Shown: positions 1 to 10,926 of the stretch, piece after piece | Layout of the letters: each line of letters starts with the position of its first letter | Position numbering within the stretch: position 1 is the first letter of the stretch | Source: Pseudomonadota bacterium | GTDB lineage: Bacteria > Pseudomonadota > Gammaproteobacteria > Steroidobacterales > Steroidobacteraceae | Assembly (NCBI GenBank): GCA_023433705.1 | Contig: JAEYUC010000051.1 | Span: 18,968-82,967 of the forward strand | Length of the DNA: 64,000 bases | Direction of reading: 5' to 3' | Notes under the pieces: generated by a model | Databases searched by the model: none | Told to the model about the DNA's origin: nothing | What the model saw: the letters and a program-made list of their open reading frames with translations, nothing else | Position numbers and translations under genes: made by a program

Positions 1-354
1 GTCTCCTTCACCGCGCGCGAAGGCATCTATGCGCTGCTGCGCCTGAAGTCGGGCGAGAGCCGCAAGGTGCACGTCGACTGCCGCGCCACGATCGGCGAAG
101 TGTCGAACGACGAGCACAACCTGCGCGTGTACGGCAAGGCCGGCGCGAAGCGCTGGCTCGGCATCCGCCCGACGGTTCGCGGCCAGGCCATGAACCCGGT
201 CGATCACCCGCACGGTGGTGGTGAAGGCAAGTCCGGCCAGGGTAATCCGCACCCGGTGAGCCCGTGGGGCCAGAACGCCAAGGGTCTCAAGACCCGTCGC
301 AACAAGCGCACGAGCAACATGATCGTGCAGCGTCGCCAGAACCGAATTCGCTAA
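1..354 (+). CDS. rplB: 50S ribosomal protein L2, C-terminal part (5' end lies outside the window)
   Basis: Frame 1 is open from base 1. The translation ...[24 protein letters not shown]...[11 protein letters not shown] is the conserved L2 C-terminus. rpsS follows, as in S10 operons. Confidence 0.95.
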   Translation, partial: VSFTAREGIYALLRLKSGESRKVHVDCRATIGEVSNDEHNLRVYGKAGAKRWLGIRPTVRGQAMNPVDHPHGGGEGKSGQGNPHPVSPWGQNAKGLKTRRNKRTSNMIVQRRQNRIR

Positions 355-366
355 TAGGGACCCGTC

Positions 367-645
367 ATGCCGCGTTCACTGAAAAAAGGTCCGTTCGTCG
401 ATCTGCACCTTCTGAAGAAGGTGGAGACGGCCGCCGCCAAGAGCGATCGCAAGCCGATCAAGACCTGGTCGCGCCGCTCGATGATCATTCCCGACATGGT
501 TGGCCTGACCATCGCCGTCCATAACGGCAAGCAGCACATCCCGGTGCTGGTCACCGAGAACATGGTGGGTCACAAGCTGGGTGAATTCGCCCCGACGCGC
601 ACGTTCAAGGCGCACTCGGGGGACAAGAAGGTGGAGGCGGCTTAA
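367..645 (+). CDS. rpsS: 30S ribosomal protein S19
   Basis: 92 aa, [19 protein letters not shown]...HNGKQHIPV; position between rplB and rplV. Confidence 0.97.
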   Translation: MPRSLKKGPFVDLHLLKKVETAAAKSDRKPIKTWSRRSMIIPDMVGLTIAVHNGKQHIPVLVTENMVGHKLGEFAPTRTFKAHSGDKKVEAA

Positions 646-660
646 TCGCCGACTAGATAG

Positions 661-1005
661 ATGGAAGCAACCGCAAAACTCCGCTACGCCCGCATCTCGC
701 CGCAGAAGTGCCGACTCGTCGTCGACACCGTGCGCGGCGCGCCGGTCTCGAAGGCGCTCAACACGCTCAAGTTCATGCCCAAGAAGGGCGCGGACCTCGT
801 GCACAAGGTGCTCTGGTCGGCCGTCGAGAACGCGCAGAACAACCAGGGCGCGGACGTGGACGACCTCAAGGTCACGCGCATCATGGTCGACGCCGCGCCG
901 GTCCTCAAGCGCTTCGGGTCGAAGGCCAAGGGCCGCGGCACGCGCATCGTCAAGCGCAACAGTCACATCACTGTCGTCGTTGGCGACGGCAAGAAGGACG
1001 AGTAA
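661..1005 (+). CDS. rplV: 50S ribosomal protein L22
   Basis: 114 aa, [22 protein letters not shown]...; operon order. Confidence 0.96.
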   Translation: MEATAKLRYARISPQKCRLVVDTVRGAPVSKALNTLKFMPKKGADLVHKVLWSAVENAQNNQGADVDDLKVTRIMVDAAPVLKRFGSKAKGRGTRIVKRNSHITVVVGDGKKDE

Positions 1006-1008
1006 GTC

Positions 1009-1749
1009 ATGGGTCAAAAGGTCAATCCGGTTGGCATTCGCCTCGGCATCACCCGCGACTGGGTGTCCAAGTGGTATGCCGGCAAGAAGCAGTTCCCGGC
1101 CCACGTGCACACGGATTTCCGCGTGCGTGAGTTCCTGAAGGCGAAGCTCGCCGACGCCTCGGTCAGCCGCGTGCAGATCGAGCGCGCCGCCAAGCGCGTC
1201 AACATCACGATCCAGACCGCGCGTCCGGGCATCGTGATCGGCAAGAAGGGCGAGGACATCGAGAAGCTGCGCGCCGAGACGGCGAAGATGCTGAAGTTGC
1301 CGCCGCAGGACGTGCGCCTCAACATCGCCGAGATCCGCAAGCCGGAGCTCGATGCGCAGCTCGTCGCCGACGGCATCGCGCAGCAGATCGAGAAGCGCGT
1401 GATGTTCCGCCGCGCCATGAAGCGCGCCGTGATGAGCACGATGCGTTCGGGCGCCCTGGGCGTGAAGGTGCGCCTGTCGGGCCGCCTGAACGGCTCGGAA
1501 ATCGCGCGTACGGAATGGGCCCGCGAAGGACGCGTGCCGCTGCACACGTTCCGCGCCGACATCGACTACGGCCTGGGTGAAGCCAAGACCACCTACGGCG
1601 TGATCGGCGTCAAGGTGTGGATCTTCAAGGGCGAAGTGTTCGACAAGAACGAGATCGCCGAACTGTCCGCCGAGCAGGAAGCCGCGCAGGCCGCGCAGGG
1701 CGCCGCCGCGAACGCGGCCGCCGCCGCCGCGGGCAACACGCCGGCCTAA
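1009..1749 (+). CDS. rpsC: 30S ribosomal protein S3 (with an Ala/Gln-rich C-terminal tail)
   Basis: 246 aa, [18 protein letters not shown]...[10 protein letters not shown] (KH domain); operon order. Confidence 0.97.
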   Translation: MGQKVNPVGIRLGITRDWVSKWYAGKKQFPAHVHTDFRVREFLKAKLADASVSRVQIERAAKRVNITIQTARPGIVIGKKGEDIEKLRAETAKMLKLPPQDVRLNIAEIRKPELDAQLVADGIAQQIEKRVMFRRAMKRAVMSTMRSGALGVKVRLSGRLNGSEIARTEWAREGRVPLHTFRADIDYGLGEAKTTYGVIGVKVWIFKGEVFDKNEIAELSAEQEAAQAAQGAAANAAAAAAGNTPA

Positions 1750-1760
1750 GGTAGATAGAC

Positions 1761-2174
1761 ATGCAACAGCCCAAGCGCACCAAATATCGCAAGCAGTTCA
1801 AGGGAAGGAACGCGGGTCTCGCCCATCGCGGCAGCTCGGTTTCCTTCGGCGAATACGGCCTGAAGGCCACGAGCCGCGCGCGCATGACCGCGCGCGAGAT
1901 CGAAGCGGCGCGCCGCGCCATGACCCGCCACGTCAAGCGCGGCGGTCAGGTGTGGAACCGCGTGTTCCCGGACGTGCCGGTATCCAAGAAGCCCCTCGAA
2001 GTCCGCATGGGTGCGGGCAAGGGCAACGTCGAGTACTGGGTCGCGAAGATCCTGCCCGGCAAGGTTTTGTTCGAGATCGAAGGTGTGGATGAGGCCACGG
2101 CGCGCGAAGCGTTCCGCCTGGCCAGCGCCAAGCTCTCGGTGTCCACCATGTTCGTGAAACGGCAGGTGCGTTGA
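1761..2174 (+). CDS. rplP: 50S ribosomal protein L16
   Basis: 137 aa, [17 protein letters not shown]...; operon order. Confidence 0.97.
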   Translation: MQQPKRTKYRKQFKGRNAGLAHRGSSVSFGEYGLKATSRARMTAREIEAARRAMTRHVKRGGQVWNRVFPDVPVSKKPLEVRMGAGKGNVEYWVAKILPGKVLFEIEGVDEATAREAFRLASAKLSVSTMFVKRQVR

Positions 2175-2377
2175 TGAGTGCCAAAGAATTGCGCGCCAAG
2201 GATTCCGCCGCGCTGCAGAGCGAGCTGATCAAGCTGCGCCGTGAGCAGTTCAGCCTGCGCATGCAGGCGGCGAGCGGCCAGGGCGTGAAGTCCTCGGACT
2301 TCGGCAAGGTCAAGAAGAGCATTGCGCGTGTGAAGACCGTGATGAACGAGAAGGCGCGCGCAGGAGCCAAGAAATGA
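2174..2377 (+). CDS. rpmC: 50S ribosomal protein L29
   Basis: [31 protein letters not shown]. The ATG at 2174 overlaps the rplP stop (TGATG). The track ORF begins at an upstream TTG (2171). Confidence 0.93.
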   Translation: MSAKELRAKDSAALQSELIKLRREQFSLRMQAASGQGVKSSDFGKVKKSIARVKTVMNEKARAGAKK

Positions 2378-2643
2378 ACGAAGAAGTTAAAAAGCCGGCG
2401 CGTGCCCTGACGGGCAAGGTCGTCTCGAACAAGATGGACAAGACCATCGCGGTCGAGATCGAGCGTCTGATCAAGCACGAGCGTTACGGCAAGTACATCC
2501 GCCGCACGACGAAGCTGCTGGCGCACGACGAGAACAAGGAAGCCCGCGAGGGTGACACCGTCTCGATCGCGCCCTGCCGCCCCTTGTCGCGCCGCAAGTC
2601 CTACAAGCTGGTCTCCGTGCTGGAGAAGGCTGGCGCGCAATGA
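2374..2643 (+). CDS. rpsQ: 30S ribosomal protein S17
   Basis: 89 aa, ...[30 protein letters not shown]...; ATGA overlap with rpmC. Confidence 0.96.
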   Translation: MNEEVKKPARALTGKVVSNKMDKTIAVEIERLIKHERYGKYIRRTTKLLAHDENKEAREGDTVSIAPCRPLSRRKSYKLVSVLEKAGAQ

Positions 2644-3008
2644 TTCAGCTGCAGACCATCCTCAATGCCGCGGACAACAGCGGCGCCCGCACGCTGATGT
2701 GCATCAAGGTGCTCGGCGGTACGCGCCGGCGCTACGCGCAGGTCGGCGACGTGATCAAGGTTTCGATCAAGGACGCGATCCCGCGCGGCAAGGTCAAGAA
2801 GGGCGAGGTGTACGACGCGGTGGTGGTGCGCACCAAGCGTGGCGTGCGTCGCGCCGACGGTTCGCTGCTGCGTTTCGATACGAACGCCGCGGTGCTCCTG
2901 ACGAACAAGCTCGAGCCGGTTGGCACTCGTATCTTCGGACCCGTTACGCGCGAGCTGCGTACGGAGCAGTTCATGAAGATCGTGTCGCTCGCTCCCGAGG
3001 TGCTGTGA
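2640..3008 (+). CDS. rplN: 50S ribosomal protein L14
   Basis: 122 aa, [17 protein letters not shown]...; first gene of the spc operon. Confidence 0.97.
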   Translation: MIQLQTILNAADNSGARTLMCIKVLGGTRRRYAQVGDVIKVSIKDAIPRGKVKKGEVYDAVVVRTKRGVRRADGSLLRFDTNAAVLLTNKLEPVGTRIFGPVTRELRTEQFMKIVSLAPEVL

Positions 3009-3009
3009 C

Positions 3010-3330
3010 ATGAACAAGATTCGCAAGGGCGACACGGTCGTCGTGTTGTCGGGCAAGGACAAGGGCCGACAGGGCACCGTGCTTGCCATCGACGGCGAGA
3101 AGATCACCGTCGAGAACATCAACAAGGCGAAGAAGCATCAGAAGCCGCGCCAGAGCCAGGCGGGTCCGCTTCCGGGCGGAATCGTCGACAAGGCGATGCC
3201 GCTGCACATCTCGAAGGTTGCGATCTGGAACGCGGGCGCCAAGAAGGCGGACCGGGTCGGGATCAAGCAGCTCAAGGATGGCAAGCGCGTGCGCTTCTTC
3301 AAGTCCAACGGCGAAGTGATCGACGCCTGA
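3010..3330 (+). CDS. rplX: 50S ribosomal protein L24
   Basis: 106 aa, [24 protein letters not shown] (KOW motif). Confidence 0.96.
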   Translation: MNKIRKGDTVVVLSGKDKGRQGTVLAIDGEKITVENINKAKKHQKPRQSQAGPLPGGIVDKAMPLHISKVAIWNAGAKKADRVGIKQLKDGKRVRFFKSNGEVIDA

Positions 3331-3362
3331 GCGTCGATATCAGCGCAAGGAAATACCAAGCA

Positions 3363-3902
3363 ATGGCCAGGTTAAGAGAGTTCTACCAGAAGACGGTCGT
3401 TCCGAAGCTCAAGCAGGACTTGGGTCTGAAGAACGTCATGGAGATCCCGCGCATCACCAAGATCACGGTGAACATGGGCGTCGGCGAAGCCGTGGCGGAC
3501 CGCAAGGTGATGGACGCGGCGGTGGCCGATCTCACCAAGATCACGGGCCAGAAGCCCAAACTGTGCATGTCGAAGAAGTCGATCGCGTCGTTCAAGGTTC
3601 GCGAGAACCTGGCGATCGGCACGATGGTGACGTTGCGCGGCGAACGCATGTGGGAGTTCTTCGATCGTCTCGTCACGATCGCGATTCCCCGTATCCGTGA
3701 CTTCCGCGGCATCAACCCGCGATCGTTCGACGGCCGCGGCAACTTCAGCCTTGGCATCAAGGAACAGATCATTTTCCCGGAAATCCAGTACGACCAGATC
3801 GACCAGCTCCGGGGAATGGACATCACGATTACCACGACGGCGAAGGACAACAAGCAGGGAAAGGCCCTGCTTGACGCCTTCAATTTCCCGTTCCGCAAGT
3901 AA
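3363..3902 (+). CDS. rplE: 50S ribosomal protein L5
   Basis: 179 aa, [16 protein letters not shown]...[10 protein letters not shown]... Confidence 0.97.
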   Translation: MARLREFYQKTVVPKLKQDLGLKNVMEIPRITKITVNMGVGEAVADRKVMDAAVADLTKITGQKPKLCMSKKSIASFKVRENLAIGTMVTLRGERMWEFFDRLVTIAIPRIRDFRGINPRSFDGRGNFSLGIKEQIIFPEIQYDQIDQLRGMDITITTTAKDNKQGKALLDAFNFPFRK

Positions 3903-3915
3903 GGAACCACAGGGT

Positions 3916-4221
3916 ATGGCCAAGACAAACATGGTCGAGCGCGAGAAGCGTCGCGCCAAGATCGTGAAGAAGTACGCGGCGAAGCGCGCAGCTCTCAAGG
4001 AGCTCATTCGCAGCCCCAAGACCTCTCCGGAGGCTCGTGCCGACGCGCAGGTGAAGCTGCAGAAGCTGCCGCGCGACGCGAGCCCGAGCCGCGGTCGCAA
4101 CCGTTGCGCGATTACGGGCCGCTCACGCGGTGTGTATCGCCGCTTCGGCCTGGCACGCGTGAAGATCCGTGAAGCGGTTGCGCGCGGCGAGCTGCCGGGC
4201 GTTTCCAAGGCGAGCTGGTAA
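3916..4221 (+). CDS. rpsN: 30S ribosomal protein S14
   Basis: The internal ATG at 3916 of track ORF 3697..4221 gives a 101-aa product, [20 protein letters not shown]...[24 protein letters not shown]... Confidence 0.94.
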   Translation: MAKTNMVEREKRRAKIVKKYAAKRAALKELIRSPKTSPEARADAQVKLQKLPRDASPSRGRNRCAITGRSRGVYRRFGLARVKIREAVARGELPGVSKASW

Positions 4222-4233
4222 GGAGCGCATGGC

Positions 4234-4629
4234 ATGAGCATGACTGATCCCATTGCCGATCTCCTGACCCGCATCCGCAACGCGCAGCTCGCGCGCAAGA
4301 CGGAAGTGTCCGTGTCGTCCTCGAAGCTGAAGACGGCGCTGGTCAAGGTCCTGAAGGACGAAGGCTACGTCGCCGGGTTCAACCTGGTGAAGGACGGAGC
4401 CAAAGAGACGCTCAACATCGAGCTGAAGTACTACGAAGGCCGCCCCGTGATCGACCGCCTCGAGCGTGTCTCGCGTCCCGGCCTGCGTATCTACCGCGGC
4501 AAGACCGAGCTGCCGAAGATCCAGGGCGGTCTCGGCACCGCGATCGTCAGCACGCCGAAGGGCGTGATGACCGACAAACAGGCGCGGGCCATCGGGCAGG
4601 GCGGCGAAGTGCTCTGCATCGTGGCCTAA
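4234..4629 (+). CDS. rpsH: 30S ribosomal protein S8
   Basis: 131 aa, [20 protein letters not shown]... Confidence 0.96.
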   Translation: MSMTDPIADLLTRIRNAQLARKTEVSVSSSKLKTALVKVLKDEGYVAGFNLVKDGAKETLNIELKYYEGRPVIDRLERVSRPGLRIYRGKTELPKIQGGLGTAIVSTPKGVMTDKQARAIGQGGEVLCIVA

Positions 4630-4643
4630 CTAGGAAAGAGACT

Positions 4644-5171
4644 ATGAGCCGAGTAGCAAAACGACCGGTCGACCTTCCGCAGGGCGTCACGGCCACGCTG
4701 GCCGCGAACCTGATCAAGGTCAAGGGCGCCAAGGGCGAGCTGTCGCTGTCCGTGGCCGACGGCGTGACCGTGGAACAGCAGGACAAGAAGCTGCAGGTGA
4801 AATTCGCCAATGCCGGCGCCCGCGTGTCCGCGGGTGCGACGCGCGCGCACCTGGCCAACATGGTGACGGGCGTGTCGAAGGGCTACGAGAAGAAGCTCGA
4901 GCTCGTCGGCGTCGGTTACCGCGCCGCGGTGCAGGGCAAGACGCTGAACCTCACGCTGGGTTTCTCGCACGCGGTGAACTTCCCGATCCCGGAAGGCATC
5001 TCGATGGAGACGCCCAGCCAGACCGAAATCATCATCAAGGGCATCGACCGTCAGAAGCTCGGACAGGTGTGCGCCAAGATCCGCGCCATCCGCCCGCCTG
5101 AGCCGTACAAGGGCAAAGGTGTGCGTTTCGCCGGCGAACAGATCGTCCTCAAGGAGGGCAAGAAGAAGTAA
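4644..5171 (+). CDS. rplF: 50S ribosomal protein L6
   Basis: 175 aa, MSRVAKRPVDLPQGV...GVGYRA... Confidence 0.96.
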   Translation: MSRVAKRPVDLPQGVTATLAANLIKVKGAKGELSLSVADGVTVEQQDKKLQVKFANAGARVSAGATRAHLANMVTGVSKGYEKKLELVGVGYRAAVQGKTLNLTLGFSHAVNFPIPEGISMETPSQTEIIIKGIDRQKLGQVCAKIRAIRPPEPYKGKGVRFAGEQIVLKEGKKK

Positions 5172-5186
5172 TTCTTCGGCACTCAT

Positions 5187-5546
5187 ATGCAGATCACCAA
5201 GAAAGAGCGGCGCCAGCGCCGCGCAGCCAAGACCCGCATCAAGATCCGCGAGCTGGGCGTTGCCCGTCTCACGATCCATCGCACGCCGCAGCACATGTAT
5301 GCGCAGGTGTTCGATGCCTCGGGCGCCAAGGTGCTCGCCTCCGCCTCCACGGTGCAGGAAAAGGTCGCCAAGGGCCTGAAGGGCACCGGCAACGTCGAGG
5401 CGGCGAAGGCCGTCGGCACGGCTATTGCCGAGGCCGCCAAGGCCGCCGGCGTCACCAAGGTCGCGTTCGATCGCGCGGGTTTCATGTATCACGGTCGCGT
5501 CAAGGCGCTGGCCGACGCCGCGCGCGAAGCCGGCCTGGAATTCTGA
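5187..5546 (+). CDS. rplR: 50S ribosomal protein L18
   Basis: 119 aa, ...[15 protein letters not shown]...[26 protein letters not shown]. Confidence 0.96.
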   Translation: MQITKKERRQRRAAKTRIKIRELGVARLTIHRTPQHMYAQVFDASGAKVLASASTVQEKVAKGLKGTGNVEAAKAVGTAIAEAAKAAGVTKVAFDRAGFMYHGRVKALADAAREAGLEF

Positions 5547-5556
5547 GGACTAACTA

Positions 5557-6066
5557 ATGGCACGACCCGACATGAAGAACCAGGCGCAGGACGAGTTCCT
5601 GGAGAAACTGGTTGCCGTCAATCGCACCGCCAAGGTGGTCAAGGGTGGCCGCCAGTTCGGCTTCACCGCGTTGACCGTCGTCGGCGACGGCGCCGGCCGC
5701 GTGGGCTTCGGATTCGGCAAGGCGCGTGAAGTGCCGGTCGCGATCTCGAAGGCCATGGCGCAGGCGCGCAAGAACATGGTGAACGTCGCGCTGCGCAACG
5801 ACACGTTGCACTTCGCGATGCACGGCGAACACGGCGCGACCAAGGTCTACATGCAGCCGGCCTCCGACGGTACCGGCGTCATCGCGGGTGGCGGCATGCG
5901 CGCGGTGCTCGAGTGCGCCGGCGTGCGCAACGTGCTCGCGAAGAGCTACGGCTCGCGCAACCCGATCAACGTCGTGCGCGCCACCGTGAAGGCGCTCGCG
6001 AACGCCAAGTCGCCCGAGGACATCGCGGCGAAGCGTGGAAAAACAGTCGAGGAGATCCTGGGTTAA
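5557..6066 (+). CDS. rpsE: 30S ribosomal protein S5
   Basis: 169 aa, ...[30 protein letters not shown]... Confidence 0.96.
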   Translation: MARPDMKNQAQDEFLEKLVAVNRTAKVVKGGRQFGFTALTVVGDGAGRVGFGFGKAREVPVAISKAMAQARKNMVNVALRNDTLHFAMHGEHGATKVYMQPASDGTGVIAGGGMRAVLECAGVRNVLAKSYGSRNPINVVRATVKALANAKSPEDIAAKRGKTVEEILG

Positions 6067-6093
6067 TCCCGGATCCGACGAAGGACGACGGAC

Positions 6094-6276
6094 ATGGCAG
6101 CCAAGAACATCAAGGTCACGCTCGCGAAGAGCCTGGCCGGCCAGTTGAAGAACATCCAGGCATCGGTGCGTGGCCTCGGCCTGCGCCGCCGCCACCAGAC
6201 GGTGGAAGTCGCAGACACTCCGGAGAACCGCGGAATGATCTACACGGCGAAGCACCTGCTGACGGTCCAGGAGTAA
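6094..6276 (+). CDS. rpmD: 50S ribosomal protein L30
   Basis: 60 aa, [29 protein letters not shown]. Confidence 0.94.
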   Translation: MAAKNIKVTLAKSLAGQLKNIQASVRGLGLRRRHQTVEVADTPENRGMIYTAKHLLTVQE

Positions 6277-6280
6277 CGAA

Positions 6281-6757
6281 ATGACGATGCGTCTGAACGA
6301 CATGAAACCCGCCCACGGCGCCCGCAAGGTCCGCCTGCGCGTGGGGCGCGGCGCTTCCGCCGGCCAGGGCAAGACCTGCGGCCGTGGCGTGAAGGGTCAG
6401 CGCGCGCGTAAGGGTGGCTACCACAAGGTCGGTTTCGAAGGCGGCCAGATGCCGCTGCAGCGCCGCCTGCCCAAGGTCGGCTTCCGCTCGAAGCTCGAGA
6501 ATCCCGAGGTGCGCCTGGACGAACTCGCCAAGATCGAAGGCTCGGTGATCGACCTGGATGCCTTGAAGAAGGCGAACATCATCCCGACTTTCGCGGTCCG
6601 CGCCAAAGTCGTGCTGTCCGGCGAAATCAAGAAGGCCGTTTCCCTCAAGGGCATTGGCGCCACGAAGGGTGCGCGCGAAGCCATCGAGAAGGCGGGCGGT
6701 TCCGTCGAGGCCCTGCCCGCGAAGCCGGCTCCGGCCAAGCTCACGGCCAAGAAGTAA
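6281..6757 (+). CDS. rplO: 50S ribosomal protein L15
   Basis: 158 aa, [35 protein letters not shown]... Confidence 0.95.
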   Translation: MTMRLNDMKPAHGARKVRLRVGRGASAGQGKTCGRGVKGQRARKGGYHKVGFEGGQMPLQRRLPKVGFRSKLENPEVRLDELAKIEGSVIDLDALKKANIIPTFAVRAKVVLSGEIKKAVSLKGIGATKGAREAIEKAGGSVEALPAKPAPAKLTAKK

Positions 6758-6794
6758 GGTCCAGGCCCAGGCAACCAGTTAACCCAGGACGACA

Positions 6795-8141
6795 GTGGCA
6801 GAAAGCTCCTCAAATCCGGCATCGGTACTCGGCGACGCGGCGCGTTTCGGCGACGTCCGCAAGCGCCTGCTGTTTCTGATTGGCGGCCTGATCGTCTACC
6901 GCATCGGTACGTACATCCCGGTTCCCGGGATCGATCCGGGCGCGGTCGCGCAGTTCTTCGATCAGAACAAGGACACGATCTTCGGCATCGTGAACGCCCT
7001 GTCGGGCGGCGCGATGGAGCGCCTGTCCATCTTCACGATGGGTGTGATGCCGTACATCTCGGCGTCGATCATCGTGCAGATGATGTCGATGGTCGTGCCG
7101 ACGCTGATGGAGTACCGCAAGGAAGGCGAGTCTGGCCGGCGCAAGATCACCGAGATCACGCGCTACGGCACGTTGGGCCTGGCCATGTTCCAGTCCTTCG
7201 TCACCGCCACCGGCTTGCAGAACTCCGGCATGGCCGCGCCGGGCTGGCAGTTCCTGTTCGTCGCGACCGTCACCATGACGACCGGTGCGATGTTCCTCAT
7301 GTGGCTCGGCGAGCAGATCACCGAGCGCGGTGTAGGCAACGGCATCTCGATGATCATCCTTGGCAGCATCGTCGCCGGTATTCCGGGCGCGATCGGCGAC
7401 ACGGCCGGCCAGATCAGCTCGGGTGCGATGAGCGGCCTGTTCGCGATCGTGCTCATCGTCGTCGTGCTGGGTGTCACCGCCTTCTGCGTGTTCGTGGAGC
7501 GTGCCCAGCGGCGCATTCCGGTCGACTACGCGAAGAAGCAGGTAGGCCGCCGCCTCATGCAGGCGCAGACGACGCACCTGCCGTTCAAGCTCAACATGTC
7601 GGGCGTGATTCCGCCGATTTTCGCGTCGAGCCTGCTGCTGTTCCCGGCGACGATCGCGGGCTTCGCGGCCTCGAACCAGGACACGGCCTTTGGCAACATC
7701 CTGACGACGATCTCGACGACGCTCGGCTTCGGCGAACCGCTGCACATCGTGCTGTATTCGACGCTGATCATCTTCTTCTGCTTCTTCTACACGGCGCTGG
7801 TGTTCAACGCGCGCGAGACGGCCGACAACCTCAAGAAGTCGGGCGCCTTCATCCGCGGCATCCGCCCGGGTCAACAGACCGGCGAATACATCGACAAGGT
7901 GCTCACGCGGCTCACGCTGTGGGGAGCGCTGTACATCACCGCGGTGTGCGTGCTGCCCGAGATCATGGTCTCGCGCGGTGGCGTGCCATTCGTGTTCGGC
8001 GGCACCTCGCTGCTGATCGTCGTGGTCGTCGCGATGGACTTTTTCTCGCAGCTTCAGGCCCACCTGATGTCGCATCACTACCCGGGTCTGCTCAAGAAGG
8101 CGAACCTAATGGGTTACGGCCGCTCGGGCGCGCCGCAGTAA
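6795..8141 (+). CDS. secY: preprotein translocase subunit SecY
   Basis: 448 aa polytopic membrane protein, ...[23 protein letters not shown]...; canonical position after rplO. Confidence 0.96.
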   Translation: MAESSSNPASVLGDAARFGDVRKRLLFLIGGLIVYRIGTYIPVPGIDPGAVAQFFDQNKDTIFGIVNALSGGAMERLSIFTMGVMPYISASIIVQMMSMVVPTLMEYRKEGESGRRKITEITRYGTLGLAMFQSFVTATGLQNSGMAAPGWQFLFVATVTMTTGAMFLMWLGEQITERGVGNGISMIILGSIVAGIPGAIGDTAGQISSGAMSGLFAIVLIVVVLGVTAFCVFVERAQRRIPVDYAKKQVGRRLMQAQTTHLPFKLNMSGVIPPIFASSLLLFPATIAGFAASNQDTAFGNILTTISTTLGFGEPLHIVLYSTLIIFFCFFYTALVFNARETADNLKKSGAFIRGIRPGQQTGEYIDKVLTRLTLWGALYITAVCVLPEIMVSRGGVPFVFGGTSLLIVVVVAMDFFSQLQAHLMSHHYPGLLKKANLMGYGRSGAPQ

Positions 8142-8161
8142 TTTGAAGGAAGGTTGAGAAC

Positions 8162-8275
8162 ATGAAAGTACGTCCCTCGGTCAAGAAGATCTGCAAGAAC
8201 TGCAAGGTCGTGCGCCGTCGCGGCGTCGTGTACGTCATTTGCTCGGACCCGCGCCACAAGCAGCGCCAGGGCTAA
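8162..8275 (+). CDS. rpmJ: 50S ribosomal protein L36
   Basis: Absent from the ORF track (37 aa). My hand translation is [37 protein letters not shown] with stop TAA at 8273-8275; canonical position after secY. Confidence 0.93.
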   Translation: MKVRPSVKKICKNCKVVRRRGVVYVICSDPRHKQRQG

Positions 8276-8292
8276 TTAGGTAGGAACTGAAC

Positions 8293-8673
8293 ATGGCACG
8301 TATTGCCGGCATCAACATTCCGATGAACAAGCACGTTGTCATCGGCCTCACGCACATCTTCGGTGTGGGTCGTTCGCGTGCGAAGGAAATCTGCGACGCC
8401 ACGGGCATCGCCCCGACGACCAAGGTGAAGGATCTCACCGAGGCCGAGGTGAACGCGATCCGCTCGGTGCTCGCGAAGACCGCGGTCGAGGGCGACCTGC
8501 GCCGCGAGAACTCGATGAACATCAAGCGTCTGATGGACCTGGGTTCCTACCGTGGCATGCGCCACCGCAAGGGCCTGCCGGTTCGTGGACAGCGCACGCG
8601 CACCAACGCGCGCACGCGCAAGGGCCCGCGCAAGCAGGCGGTCAAGCTGAATGCTCCTCCGGGCAAAGTTTAA
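8293..8673 (+). CDS. rpsM: 30S ribosomal protein S13
   Basis: 126 aa, [26 protein letters not shown]... Confidence 0.96.
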   Translation: MARIAGINIPMNKHVVIGLTHIFGVGRSRAKEICDATGIAPTTKVKDLTEAEVNAIRSVLAKTAVEGDLRRENSMNIKRLMDLGSYRGMRHRKGLPVRGQRTRTNARTRKGPRKQAVKLNAPPGKV

Positions 8674-8692
8674 ATAGTCAGGTAACTCACAC

Positions 8693-9133
8693 ATGGCCGA
8701 AGAAAAGAAGTCAGAAGCCGCTGCCGCGGGCACCTCGGGTGCCGCTGCCGCTGGTGGTGCGAAGAAACCGAAGAAGGCGCGCAAGAACGTCCTCGACGGA
8801 ATCGCCCACGTGCACGCTTCCTTCAACAACACGATCATCACGATCACCGATCGCCAGGGAAACACGCTTTCCTGGGCGACGTCGGGTGGTTGCGGCTTCC
8901 GCGGTTCGCGCAAGTCGACGCCGTTCGCGGCGCAGGTGGCGGCTGAGAAGGCGGGCAACGCGGCGCAGGAACACGGCGTGAAGAACGTCGAAGTGCGCGT
9001 CGGCGGCCCTGGCCCCGGTCGTGAGTCGGCGGTGCGCGCCCTGAATGCCTGTGGTCTCAAGATCACGAGCATCTCGGACATCACCCCGATCCCGCACAAC
9101 GGCTGCCGTCCGCCCAAGAAGCGTCGCGTTTAA
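8693..9133 (+). CDS. rpsK: 30S ribosomal protein S11 (Ala/Lys-rich N-terminal extension)
   Basis: 146 aa, ...[22 protein letters not shown]... Confidence 0.96.
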   Translation: MAEEKKSEAAAAGTSGAAAAGGAKKPKKARKNVLDGIAHVHASFNNTIITITDRQGNTLSWATSGGCGFRGSRKSTPFAAQVAAEKAGNAAQEHGVKNVEVRVGGPGPGRESAVRALNACGLKITSISDITPIPHNGCRPPKKRRV

Positions 9134-9145
9134 AGGTATTCATAC

Positions 9146-9769
9146 ATGGCACGTTACACCGGTCCCAAGTGCAAGCTCGCGCGTCGCGAAGGCACTGATC
9201 TTTTCCTGAAGAGCGGCGTGAAGCCGCTCGAGAGCAAGTGCAAGTTCCAGGTGCCGCCGGGCGGCATCAAGGGCGAGCGCAAGCAGCGCCTGTCCGACTA
9301 CGGTCTGCAGCTGCGCGAGAAGCAGAAGCTGCGTCGCATGTACGGCGTGCTCGAGCGCCAGTTCGCCAACTACTACGTCGAAGCGGCGCGTCGCACCGGC
9401 TCCTCGGGTGAGAACCTGCTGAAGCTGCTCGAGTGCCGTCTCGACAACGTCGTCTATCGCATGGGCTTCGCCGCGACGCGCTCGGAAGCGCGCCAGCTGG
9501 TGGCGCACAAGGCCATCGCCGTGAATGACGGCGTGGTCACCATCGCGTCGTACCAGGTGAAGGCCGGCGACAAAATCACCGTGCGCGAGAAGGCCAAGAA
9601 GCAGTTGCGCATCCAGGGCGCGATGCAGATCGCGACGCAGGTCGGTCTGCCCGAGTGGGTGGAAGTGAACAGCACCGAGTTTTCGGGCGTGTTCAAGTCG
9701 GTGCCGGGCCGGGACGAGATCCTGCCGGATATCAACGAGAACCTCGTCGTCGAGTTATACAGCAAGTAA
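9146..9769 (+). CDS. rpsD: 30S ribosomal protein S4
   Basis: 207 aa, [24 protein letters not shown]... Confidence 0.97.
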   Translation: MARYTGPKCKLARREGTDLFLKSGVKPLESKCKFQVPPGGIKGERKQRLSDYGLQLREKQKLRRMYGVLERQFANYYVEAARRTGSSGENLLKLLECRLDNVVYRMGFAATRSEARQLVAHKAIAVNDGVVTIASYQVKAGDKITVREKAKKQLRIQGAMQIATQVGLPEWVEVNSTEFSGVFKSVPGRDEILPDINENLVVELYSK

Positions 9770-9776
9770 TTGTTTA

Positions 9777-9803
9777 CCCGGCCTTTCGGCCGGGATTTTG
9801 ATT
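9777..9803 (+). terminator. terminator/attenuator-like hairpin in the rpsD-rpoA spacer
   Basis: CCCGGCC (9777-9783), loop TTTC, GGCCGGG (9788-9794), then ATTTTGATT. Confidence 0.4.
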
Positions 9804-9871
9804 GGTTCGGGTCCGTTTCATTTGGGGCGGGCCGGGTTTTCATACCGTCGAAAAGGCGGAAGGTGAAATCA

Positions 9872-10876
9872 ATGCAAGGTTCAGTGAGCGAATTCCTCAA
9901 GCCCCGTGTCGTGAAAGTGCAGCCGACCGCCCCGCGCCAGGCGCGAGTGGTCATCGAGCCGTTCGAGCGTGGCTTCGGCCACACGCTCGGCAACGCGCTG
10001 CGTCGCGTTCTGCTGTCGTCCATGCCGGGCGCCGCGATCACCGAAGTCGAGATCGAAGGCGTGCTCCATGAGTACACCTCCATCGAGGGCGTGCAGGAAG
10101 ACGTTGTCGACATCCTGCTGAACCTCAAGCAGGTTGCGCTCAAGATGCACACGCGCGACAGCGCGGAGCTGCGCCTGTCGAAGAAGGGCCCGGGCCCGGT
10201 CACCGCGGGTGACATCCACACGGATCACGACATCGAAGTCGTGAACCCCGAGCTCGTGATCGCGAACCTGACCAAGGCCGGCGAGCTGACCATGACGCTG
10301 CGCGTCGAGCGCGGCCGTGGCTACCGCCCGGCGCTGAACCGCGCCGCGTTCGAGGAGCAGAGCCGTCCGATCGGCCGCCTGCAGCTCGATGCGTCGTTCT
10401 CGCCCGTGCGCCGTGTGACCTACATGGTCGACGCCGCCCGCGTCGAGCAGCGCACCGACCTCGACAAACTCGTGATCGACATCGAGACCAACGGCACGAT
10501 CGACGCGGAAGAAGCCATCCGTCGCGCCGGCGGGATCCTCAAGGATCAGCTCTCGGTGTTCGTGGACCTGCAGGGCGAGGAAGAGGCCAGCACGAAGGTG
10601 TCCGAGATGCAGTTCGACCCGCTGCTGCTGCGGCCTGTCGACGAGCTCGAGCTCACCGTGCGTTCGGCGAACTGCCTCAAGGCGGAGAACATCCACTACA
10701 TCGGCGACCTCGTGCAGCGCACGGAAGTCGAGCTGCTGCGCACGCCGAACCTCGGCAAGAAGTCGCTCACCGAGATCAAGGAAGTGCTGCAGAGCCACGG
10801 CCTCATGCTGGGCATGCGCCTGGATGGCTGGCCGCCGGCCGGCCTCAAGCACGACACCGATCGCGGAATGATCTGA
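9872..10876 (+). CDS. rpoA: DNA-directed RNA polymerase subunit alpha
   Basis: The internal ATG at 9872 of track ORF 9770..10876 gives [17 protein letters not shown]... (334 aa). The C-terminal domain reads ...[23 protein letters not shown]... Confidence 0.95.
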   Translation: MQGSVSEFLKPRVVKVQPTAPRQARVVIEPFERGFGHTLGNALRRVLLSSMPGAAITEVEIEGVLHEYTSIEGVQEDVVDILLNLKQVALKMHTRDSAELRLSKKGPGPVTAGDIHTDHDIEVVNPELVIANLTKAGELTMTLRVERGRGYRPALNRAAFEEQSRPIGRLQLDASFSPVRRVTYMVDAARVEQRTDLDKLVIDIETNGTIDAEEAIRRAGGILKDQLSVFVDLQGEEEASTKVSEMQFDPLLLRPVDELELTVRSANCLKAENIHYIGDLVQRTEVELLRTPNLGKKSLTEIKEVLQSHGLMLGMRLDGWPPAGLKHDTDRGMI

Positions 10877-10926
10877 GTTGAAATGAGCCCGGTTCGCCGG
10901 GCTCCGTCTAGTTAGGAAGTCTTACC

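Noticed and set aside
376-1545. Long antisense or out-of-frame ORFs across the ribosomal operons and elsewhere. Examples are 376..1545(-), 3372..4346(-), 5554..6372(-), 6810..8078(-), 15362..17002(-), 17375..19342(+), 24697..26637(+), 39474..40508(-) and 48986..51028(-).
   Set aside because: Their translations are Arg/Ala/Gly/His-rich low-complexity sequences opposite clearly recognisable conserved genes. This is the expected stop-codon-poor artefact of a genome with roughly 70% GC.
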